Positions 1 through 10,700 of a stretch of 64,000 bases of DNA are shown piece by piece. A program made the translations under genes and the position numbers. The notes under the pieces were generated by a model. It saw nothing but the letters and a program-made list of their open reading frames with translations, was not told the origin of the DNA and did no database searches. Source of the stretch: Phoronis australis (lineage: Eukaryota; Animalia; Phoronida); the NCBI GenBank assembly GCA_002633005.1, contig NMRA01000256.1:200784-264783 (forward strand), read 5' to 3'. Each line of letters opens with the position of its first letter. The stretch's first letter is position 1.

Positions 1-507
1 CAGCCAAAAATGGCAAAAACAAGGATTCAGCAACTTCAAAGTTCATCGTAGATACTTAGGCAGGGTCAAAAAAAATGTCACTTGGGAGAATGTCAGCCAA
101 TCAGATTCCCTAGAAAATCAACGTCAGATGTATTCTCCTCACTCTAGATGTATATCTCGTCAAATATACAATGATCCTTCACCAAACTTGAGGCAGTTGT
201 AAAAATGTCACTAGGGAGCAATGTGATATTCACTGGTTCATCAGAAAACCAATGCCAGACATGTAGACCAATGGCCATTGATTTACGAACTTAAGATTTC
301 CACTAATAGTTGAAGGTGGCTCAGCAACATCCGGATTCATCCGAAATTCGTCATCTCTTATCATGTTCGCAGAAACGTGCCTGACAGATTCCACGAAGGG
401 GTTTAGGAGATACGGCTACAGACGCCGAACGCCCGGACGCTGAACAAAGATCATGTGACTACAAGATGTGTCCGCGTACATGGTACATGCACGTGGGAGC
501 ATAAAAA
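1..507 (-). mobile_element. Partial Helentron/DINE-like element running off the window edge
   Basis: GTCACTAGGG units, GGGTTTAGGAGATAC, CGCCCGGACG microsatellite, terminal GTGGGAGCATAAAAA. Confidence 0.55.
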
Positions 508-1082
508 TCTCAGTTCAATATTTGTAAATAAAGACAAAATTTAATTATAAAGTAAAGCATTCATGTAGAATGGTGCCTCAGACCAGACCAAAGGAGCATT
601 CTCTGTGCCGGTTAGTTGCATTTCACTAGATTTTTTCTCGCTGTGAAACATTTATTTAACTCGACCCATGACTGCATTATGTAGACCCAAAACACTCGCG
701 AGAAAATTATTGTGATCACTTTCTTGGGTTGTAAGGTATCACAATAAGTTGCAGACCTGCGTGATCTCGTGTTTTCGCGCGTTTCTTGCGTCTGCGACAC
801 ACACGTTCAATTTACAACCCTGTCACCATCCAAGGTCTCCCGACTTCGGTAGACTACCAAGCCAGGATTCCAACTATGTGTTGTTCGGCCAGTGTATGGC
901 TACACTTCGTATTCAGGTCAAAGTACTTTTGATCCAGTCATTTTCACAAGCAGGTTATGAAAAGGATAATGTTGTTAAGGCGTACTTCGCAGCCCCAATT
1001 AATTTAAACAAAATTATTTCACAAGGTCTTTCAGTAAAACTTCAATGCACATTTCTGACATTCATCTCCAACAATCCTTTAA

Positions 1083-1452
1083 AAGGATACCAGACCCGGG
1101 TTTAGCCTTTTAATAGATACTAAAAACGAATTTACCATCCAGTTCTCTAGAACAAAGTAATGTTTGGTAATCCACGACAACCCTCAAAAGTTTGGAGGAA
1201 AGTTTGAAAACCCCTTTCAAAGTCTGCTAAACGGGCAAGCGTGACTTACGCTTTTAGCGAGTTACAAGACAACTGTGGGAAGAGTTAAAGACCACCCACC
1301 AAGGATCATAATGTCCAATTTGTGAGCTAGTGGTATGAGCTTTCAGTTAATTCCTGCTTTTGTCTGGTACGTTTGACGCCAAAGTTGCATTAACAGGTGA
1401 CCGGGGAGAGCGAGGACTGGTTGAAATCATCACAGCAGGGTTTAGTATCCTT
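1083..1452. mobile_element. TTAA-flanked MITE (Kolobok-type termini)
   Basis: TTAA|AAGGATACCAGACCC...GGGTTTAGTATCCTT|TTAA (13/15 TIR match). Confidence 0.7.
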
Positions 1453-1536
1453 TTAACAAGTTCATTCAGGGCCCACTTGAAACTACTAAGGAGAATAGCT
1501 GCTATTGTATCATGAAATACAACGAGAAATACAAAC

Positions 1537-1783
1537 CTGGCACTTGATAGACATTTTCCCCCATGTCCCCTCTCTCGTTCAGATACTTCATGTACATACT
1601 TTCTTGTTTCAGCCGACGACCTTGTTTCCTTTTATTCAAGACTAAACAAACGGTTAAGGCCACAAAAGCCAAGATGAGGGCAAGTGCACCAAATCCGACT
1701 CCCATTCCAATTTTGAAAGCCTCTCTATCGGTAGATTTCCACTTCAAGAACCCCACGTTCACCTTGATATTTCCAACTTGCAC
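1537..1783 (-). CDS. Receptor exon 14: end of last IPT, transmembrane helix, juxtamembrane tail
   Basis: VQVGNIKVNVGFLKW, then hydrophobic IGMGVGFGALALILAFVALTVCLVL, basic stop-transfer NKRKQGRR and ENVYQVP. Phase-1 donor G|gtttgt at 1536; read-through would stop at 1502. Confidence 0.88.
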
Positions 1784-4700
1784 CTGGAGAAAAGCATGTT
1801 TCCAAAAGGTCATTTTGACCTGTCATAGACTGCAAAGATCTGTGCAATTTGTGTGTAGTCTATCAGAGGTTCCTCTCTCTCCCACACACATATAAAAAGA
1901 AGAATAGTTTGCTAGAGGTCTTACTATGCGCAAAATTTGTTGAATAAATCCCCGACAATGACGTCAGATTATCGGACGCCACAGTCGTTTACTAAGTTGT
2001 AGCAAATATCGTGTGCAAACACGCTTGAATGGACAGTCGCTCAAATTAAGCAGGATCGTTATCATGAAATTAAATTTTGCATAAAAGAATAGAAGAATTT
2101 AGAGAACCCTGAGCGAGTTGGCAGATGAAGTGCTCTTTCCAACGCATACATGTAATTGTTTATACCATACAAAAATTACGTGTATTTGTGTTGATTATTT
2201 TAACTGCTAAAATATGCATGTTACCAGAGTCAAATTTGAAAATTGTGTCTATTTTATGATACTGTTTCTTTAATCCGCCTCTTTCAGAACACAACGTAAT
2301 CCACAATATCAGCAAGTAAGAATAACCCAACATAGCAGACCAATGTGCCTGTGCTGCACCTTTGGATTTTCAAGCCTGTTAGCTGTAAGCGCGTTCGGGT
2401 CTTACTCGTTAGCGCGTTAAGCGAACGATTCCTAAACCAATGAACATTCATATCCACAAGATTACGTCACAAATTGCTGGTTGAGAATGGGTTGTTTACC
2501 AAGAATTGTACAATAGAAAAAAATGCAGCCACTTGACCTTTTCATTTATTATGCAGGGCGAACCTGATTCAAATTTTGACAGACGCAGTGGAATCCGATA
2601 GTGTTGCTGTGTAATTGCTGACATGTTTTGTTGAGGTAACATTTGACATAAATAATGCATTCTGGGAAATGATGCCAGAGAAGAACTCTGTGACTGAGTG
2701 GGACTAATCTCTTGTTTAGATGACAGTTTCAGAGACAAAGAGACACTACTTTCAGTCTGTTTGGCACGATACCCTTATGGTCTTGTCATGGAAATCTGGT
2801 GCCCCGAAAATTATCCAGCCAATAGGGATGAAACCATTTCCATTACGTCAGTTTATAAGTTCCCTATCCTTGATTTGATGTTATATTGAAGTTAGTGAAT
2901 GATATTTAAAGAATAACGAACTATATGCAGGACATCGGAATCTTCGTCTAACAAAGTCAGAAGTTAAAAGCCGAAGCACTGCAAACTGACAAAACTCGAT
3001 ACACCACTGAGACAAGCGAGCCGTCACATATATGTACAAGTGTACAAACTGATCCGTTAGTCGATACATGCAGGCCTAGCTTGGCACGCTAATGTGTGAA
3101 ATCCGTTCGCGTTAACAACTGACAGGCTTGGAATTCCATAACAAAGCCGGTTAACGCGTTTTAATGCGTCCGGGGATAGATTAATGCGCTAACGTGTAAA
3201 CACTCGAGCGCGTCAACAAGTGACAGGCTTGAAATTCCATAGCAAAGCCAATAAACGCGTTATTTAATATATTCTGGCCTAGATGATCGAGCTAACGTGA
3301 AAAACCCGTTCGCGTCAACTATTGACAGGCTTGGAATTCCATAATAAAGCCAATTAACGCGTTTTTAATACATTCGGGTCTAGATTAACGCGCTAACGTG
3401 TAAAAACTTGTGCGCGTCAACAAGTGACAGGCTTTAAATTCCACATGTACAGATATTTACGCCTGATTTTATAGTATATCAGTTGGGAACATGTGCTTCA
3501 ACCGACCTTCACATGGGGAGTTCGTCCAGTGCCAAAGTTGTTTTCGTCTACTTTGGGTTGAGATTCCGGTGGTCGACAGACGATCTGGTTCGAAGATAGG
3601 TCTGTCACTGCACACTGAGCAGCAAGTCCCACGTAAACGGTGTAATCTTCAATGGCGCAGCCGTAATTCATACGTAAACCCTGTAGTGAAATCTTGCTTT
3701 GAAAACCCGATAACAACGTAGAGTAGATGACATTTATCATTTTCACGGTTTCCCACTCCACTGTTATGGGATTGTTAAAGCTGTTATGTACTAGCGTTTA
3801 AATTAGACCACTTACATTGCTTTGCTATGAATTTACATTTCATTTTTCCTAAATTTCACTAAAAAGACATGGTCACCAGACACAATTAATAGCAGATTGG
3901 TATAATGTCAAAAAATCGACTTCTACCATCTTTCTTATATGCAGTTAAAATCTATAGTTTGTACATATCTGGTTAGACAGACAGACATTTCCTACAGGCA
4001 CGTACCGTATTTATCGGCCAAACCACCTAATTATCGAGTCTGGTCTCGCGTAATAGTATAACAAAGTGTCTGTTCATTTTAAGTCTAAGAATTAGCACCT
4101 CTCCTAATGTGAGTAGACTAAGGAGAAGGTTCAGACGAACTTTGTAACAGTACTTGGTCGAAATTAAAAGTTATCTTTTTAGGGAGGGCGATATTATGCT
4201 GCTTTACGAGACCAATTTGGAAAATTCACAGAATTCATGAGTTTAGTGTACACGTACTTGGGAAACAGCCTTTCAGTAGGATGGAGAACATTAATGAAGG
4301 TAGGCATGAGGCCATCAATACAGCTAGTGTCTTTGACGTAATTTCAACAACCAGACTTAAAAATGAAGACATTTATCAAGACCAAAAAAGCGGCAATTGC
4401 TGTTGTCAGTTGTTATTGTAATGCTTGAAAACAACTGTCTTACTGAGTTTGACCGCAGTTCCTGATAACAAAATGAGAGTTTTTAAAACAACTTTTGTTA
4501 ATGAGACAAAGGCCTCTACCTTAATGGTAATGAAAGGCCTCTCCTTCGGATCAAACATCTTAACTTGACCAGGTTCCGTGAATTCGGATATAAAAGGATT
4601 TGAAAACACACGAATCCTTGAGTACTGTGGCAGGGATGAAGACAAGTTCGTGTAGGTCGGGACGCCATCTAGAATGAATCCTAAGTAAAACTCGAGATCG

Positions 4701-7700
4701 TCGTTGTTCAGTGATTGCTTGATCTGCTCCTCACGTTTTTGTCTTGATCCGTAGTTGTCAGGGAGAACGATATGCGGGGTTGGGCAGTCCATTGCGGTTG
4801 AATTTCTGACGGTGCAAATCTGAAGGAGAGTTACAGTGTATGTAAGATTATGTACACATACTCTAACCTCAATCAACGCCAATTTGTGAATGAAACATAA
4901 AGAGAACATTTCTCTAAAACAAAAAAATAGAACCCTGGTTTTTCTAACTTAAGTTTTGGGTTAATTTTTGTCACGACAAGAACGGGCACAGTATAAAGAT
5001 TTCACTCGTTAATGACTCATCTTCCCTCGTAGATGACTCATCTAAAGAGTTCGAAAATTTTGGAACTTCCAAGCATTATTTACTTTACAACAACGTCCTA
5101 TATGAGGGCCATTTATAAACGAAATCAATTTTGACCGAAGTTACCAAAGTAGGTCTTAGTATCTATTTAATATGACTGAATAAAAATCAAAGTTTTCAAT
5201 AGCTACCGTGCTAAAAGTAGTAGAAGTGACGATGTACACCATTGTTGTAATCATAACTGGGGCGTACACTGAATCCAAGTTGCTCCCGTACACATGAAGA
5301 ATGACGCCTCCTCTGAAATACAAGAGATTAAAATAGTGGCGGATCGAGGATAACCATAAGGCGAGGGGCCAGTATGTTGCCTCGGAGAATTGGGCAAAGC
5401 GCGATTGTATGTGCACAGGGAAAGTTGCGAGGGCCGGGGATGTGGACCTTCTATTCAGAAAAGCTATCGGTGGAATAAAAAAAANNNNNNNNNNNNNNNN
5501 NNNNNNNNNNNNNNNNNNNNNNNNNNNNNNNNNNNNNNNNNNNNNNNNNNNNNNNNNNNNNNNNGGGGGGGGGGGGTGCGTTCATCAGTGTAACCATGGG
5601 CGGTGTAGCACTGAAAAAGTGGGGCTATAGCCCCCAGCCCCTCTGTAGTGCACCGCCCATGGTCTAAGGCCCAGCGCTGAAAAAAGTGGGGGCTATACCC
5701 TTTGGTGCGCCGCCCATGGTAATACAGCCTTATAGAGATACCAGAGCGTCAGTGATATGGGATTCGGTGACACTCGGACGCGTATTCTAAGAATAAATCT
5801 GTCAGCCAAGTTTTGCATGATTTGGAGTTTATATAAGAGCGTTACTTTAGTAGCGCAAGATACATGACATGGCCAGGTTGTGACCTGATCGATTTCGTGT
5901 TCATCATGTGGTCACACGTGAATCTACAATGACGAACTCAAAGTATGCGCACTGAAAAGTCAAAAGGTTGTACCTCAAGAATGTCTCCAAAGGCTCTATG
6001 CGTTGAATAACTGGGTCTCCTTTATATGTAAACTCAAAAGTGGTACTGGTGGTAAAATTGTGAGGATATACGTCATAAGTAAGTTTAACATCCACAACTT
6101 CTTCTTGTTCATTCTTGCCTGTCCGACATACAACTGTCGTGTCGTTTCTGTAAAATACAATGCCACACAATAAATACAACTTGAATACACTACAATGTAC
6201 TGCTCCGCGCCTTCACTACATTACGATAGAAGTACAGTAGGCACCTGAATACTTGCAGATTTCCCATAGTGTGCAAGAGAAGTGGAAGAAAAACGTAACC
6301 GTCAAAATGTCTAACGGGACTTTCAGTTTTTGATGACGGATTTGAATAAACATTATGCTTGCAACGCAGCTGAAGGTAAGACATATCAAAAAGCCACCTG
6401 AGAGCTGAAGTGATGCGATATTTTTCTCGTCTAGTGGTCCAGTGGTGCGCGAGGGGGAGGGTCTGTCCATGACTCAAAACTGTACAACAATTAATATCAT
6501 CATGAAAGACTCGTAAGCAATTGCCGCTAAGTAGCGCAGAGACTTTGATAAAAATATTTTAGAACCGCTTGCGTGGTCTTTCGACTTCTCTGGAAGGGAT
6601 GCAGGCGTGAGCTTATTTTTAAACAGTTTCAAAACGATTTGGCACAGGCCAAAACCAACTACGCTATTTTCATTGGTTTCATCAAACGTATGGCCGTATC
6701 ATTTTTAAAATTTCAGCAAGCAAAATGCCACGAAGTCTTCTTTTTCTAAACTTGACAATAACGTTTACTAAATGTACATATTCTAATTCATTACCTTTTC
6801 TCAATAGAGCAGAATTTGTCACCAACCAGAACCTTTACGTAGTGTAGATAAACTCCTCTTAATATGACCACAGTGCCACCAGCGAGCGGGCCGTAGGAAG
6901 GTCCAATAGAGGTCAAATGTGGCGACTGAAATGTGTATTTGACAGGTGTTATATGCAATTCAGTACTTTGAGTTTGAGGAGAAGGATGCGAACGACAACT
7001 TAATTTACGGGTTGTTTATTTCACTTTACAATGGGTTGTGTGATGCCAGTCATTCGAAACAGAATGAAACCAATGAAAACAGAGCACACAATTTAAATTA
7101 AAAGGCGAAGGCAACCTTTTCTCATGTCACTTTTAGCAAAAATAAGGTATTTTGATTATCCCAGGCATATTTTTCACGTAATTACAGCTTTTCGTAATTT
7201 AATTAATTTCTCTTCCTCTACTCCGGAAGTGACGTTTTGGGAGGCAAGAATTTCGTGCCAATTTCCTTTCATACAGTCAGACTGTGAGAGCTGTCAAGTC
7301 AGTCATTGTTCTACCTCGGATGTGATAAGTTTGGTCGTCGTTTGCTTTTGTTTACAAGTCAGTCAACATGCCACGCTGTTGCTGCGTACCAGGATGTACT
7401 CATTATCGTTATACAACGCTTTGGGTACCTTCCATCGCTTTCCGAAGGATGACACACTTCGTCGCCGTACTTGGCTAGCTCGTTCGTGTGAAGAATGCAG
7501 CGCTACCCATTCACGCAACGTACAAAGCAGTGGCGAGCATTTTCAGCCGTTAGATTACGATAGTGATATGTACCCTGAATTGATGAAGGTCCCTGCGAAA
7601 CAACGCCTGAAGAAGGGTTCCATAACGTCGCTGTTGATTCCCGGCAGTGCCCCGTTGCCACCCCCGAGTAGTGCGTTTTTAAAGCGAGAAGCCTCGCAAG

Positions 7701-10700
7701 CTGTGGCCACCATAAACAGTGACTGGAGGCACTTCATCTACTGTCACCCATGCCTCCGAACGTACCCCATAGCGTGCAATTCCAAGAACTAGCAGTGATT
7801 CCCCGTGTGCTGTTGTCTCTAGCCTAGAGTCTGTAAGCAGCCCTGCAGTGATGTTGAGTAATGGAAGTGAATACACGCCCAGTTTGACACCCAGTGAAAA
7901 GGACAGTTCGTCATACAATGAACAGATTGGTGACCCTAAGTTTGATAAGTTTGTTGTGGACTTGTATAGGAGCTCTTTAGAAGCTGCCACGTGTGTGACG
8001 AGGGAATCGCACGGTGGGGTGCTCAAGTCACATGATCCACTGGGAGTGTGTCGCGGGACACTCGGGCAAGTGGGACAGTTCTTCCTCTGTACGTGAGACG
8101 ATAATGAGTACATCTCGGTAGGCAGCAACAGCGTGGCATGTTGACTGACTCGTAAACAAAAGCAAACGACGACCGAACTTATCACAACCGAGGTAGAACA
8201 ATGACTCGACTGCTCTCACAGTCAGACTGTATGAAAAGAAATTGGCGCGAAATTTTTGCCTCCTAAAACGTCACTTCCGGAGTAGACGACGAGTAATTAA
8301 TTAAATTACGAAAGCTGTAAATAAGTGAAAAATATGTCTGGGATAATCAACGAACCCTATTTTTGCTAAAAATGGCATGAAAAACGGTTGCCTTCGTCTT
8401 TAAACAGAGTGTCTGTTCCAGTCTAAATACGAAGTAAAGGCACAGAGGTGTAAAACATGTTCGACTTTAAATGCCATGTCAGAGTAACTCAAAATTCGAC
8501 AGCACTTTTAATAACTTAGACATAAAACAGACTACGTACACAATCGGAAGGCAGCGACCCGGAGCTTGAACTTCGGCAGTTACATTGCCCGGTCGTGACG
8601 TCACAAATCCTCGAGCTGTTTTTCACAACGCCGGCTGGGTGACACCGGCACGGCACACATGGTGAAAAGTCTTGCACTGCAGATTGCCGGAAATATCCTC
8701 GCTCACAAATTTCACAGTTGACTCCTCTTGTGTTTTGTTGGCAGTGGCACTGATAAGTGCCGTTCGAAAATATCGTGCAATTAGACGCATGACCGTTACA
8801 TGCGCACCTAGTTGCAAAAAATAAACACACGCATTCATCGTTATTGCTCATGGTGCATTTTTGATTCTTCACTTCCCTGCACCTTCTTTTTATTTCGAAA
8901 TATTATCATTATCTTTGAAAACTTTCATCTTAACCCTAAATAAATTCATCTTGAAGGCAGTTTTTCGTTTACCGTCGGCGTTTCCCTTTTCTGCTCTGTC
9001 GCCACCTACTGAGAGTTTTTTTGAAACGCGCAGCCAGTGTAATGACTCAAGGCCAATAAATTAGAGTCAGCCGTGAGTATGCACACTCATCACAGCGCTA
9101 AGGGCAGCCACCAGCACATGATTTGTGTTTTAAAAAGGTAAAGAAATCGTAAAAATATCTTTTAAACTGATCGTGGCGAATCTACATCTTGAGGACTCTA
9201 ACGTGAGAGTTATTCACTGTGAAAATTGCAAAAGTTTCAAGAAAAAAATGTCAGATGCACTATTTTTAAAACACAGACGAAATATAAGACTCTTTCTTCC
9301 CAATACAGTTTCAAATTCCAGGCCTCTGATGTCATATGTCGGACAGGGTAGAGTTCAGTAGCTGACTAGGGGCGAGAAAAACCTAGCCAAAATCACGTAC
9401 TCTCATTTAAAATACACTGCAATACCTCGCGTAATCTCGCTACGGCTAGCCTTTTTGTGAGGTCCTGGTATTATTGAACTCTACCCTGTCTGCTGCTTGA
9501 AATCGCCATGGTTTTGCTTACATTAACGGTCAAATGTCGCATTTCCCATAGAAGAGAAATGTGCTACCTCTATGCCTTGGCATACGAAATAAAAAGACGT
9601 GATTTACCTTGTGGGAGAAAAATCAACGAAGTGAGGGGCAGTTGACAGGTAGCTTTTTTAAATTTGAAACTATGGGAAAATGCTTTGAGATCAGCAGAAA
9701 TCCAAATCGTTACGAACAACTGTAAAAATAACTGGTAAACAGTTTGACTTCTTTTTCAGTGGCAGAGAACCACTTTGAATATTTTAGTCTATTTTACACG
9801 TTGTAGGCCTCTGACTCTAGCCTTGAATCTCACTCACATTAATTCTACTTCAATCCAAGATTGTCTGAGAATACTCGTTGAAGGAAAGTAATTACGGCAA
9901 ATGTTTTGGACAATAGTATACCATCCCAATGAATCGTCACACAAAAATCTGGAGGGGAATGTTTCGGGCCGCGAACGTCACTTCCAGGTGACGCATCAAT
10001 CATGAATTAGAAACCGGGGACTTTAATAAACTTGAAAATTTATTCAGGATAACCAAAAATGGCAGGGTATAAAAAATACACTCAAACCCAATGTCTGCCC
10101 CTTTAAGCCTCTCAAATGATGTCACAATTTATTAATCTTTCAGCAGATGGTTATCCGACCATTCTAAATTGTGCCAAAATGTGTTCTAATGTTTTCTGTA
10201 GTTCATCCGTCGATCATCATAACTAAAAGACAAGTGAATATTGGAGCCTATCCTCTAGCATAATATCTTAGTTCTTTTAATAGTTAAATAATTAACAATT
10301 TTGAAATATATTTCCCAACAGTTACCTTCCATTTACAGCGATCTCCTGCACCCCAAACCAGGCTTCTCCTTGACCGTTATTAAGAATAACTCGCACGTGA
10401 CGCGCTAAACCTCGGTAAGAATCACTTGGATAAAGGGGACTTAGATCTATTCTGAGAGTATAGACGTCCGTGAGGTTTGGCCTGGTATATAAAATAAAAA
10501 CAGCAAAACGTTTAAACTCAAGAAAGAACACTGCATCCACAAATTTTAAAGTTGGAAAATAATTCAGAAAAGATCACGTCCAAAATCCGTACCTCTGAGT
10601 CGTTATCACAATACGATTTATTCAATTTGCCTCAACAAGTGACCACAATTATCAGTAATGTTCCTTATGTACAGTGAATAGGAAATTGTTACCCCACGGA

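Noticed and set aside
749-1080. Plus-strand ORF, possibly a decayed LINE C-terminal region (VVRPVYGY-like text); minus ORF 612-800 as next receptor exon
   Set aside because: Similarity is too faint, and I found no phase-1 acceptor leading into a kinase- or plexin-like frame.
3085-3442. Regularly spaced repeats as a CRISPR-like array
   Set aside because: Eukaryotic context, the inter-repeat segments are themselves homologous, and there are no cas genes.
7124-8185. Long ORFs 7124-7792 (+) and 7679-8185 (-) as host genes
   Set aside because: They read through transposon arms; only the THAP-derived part is meaningful and it is frameshifted.
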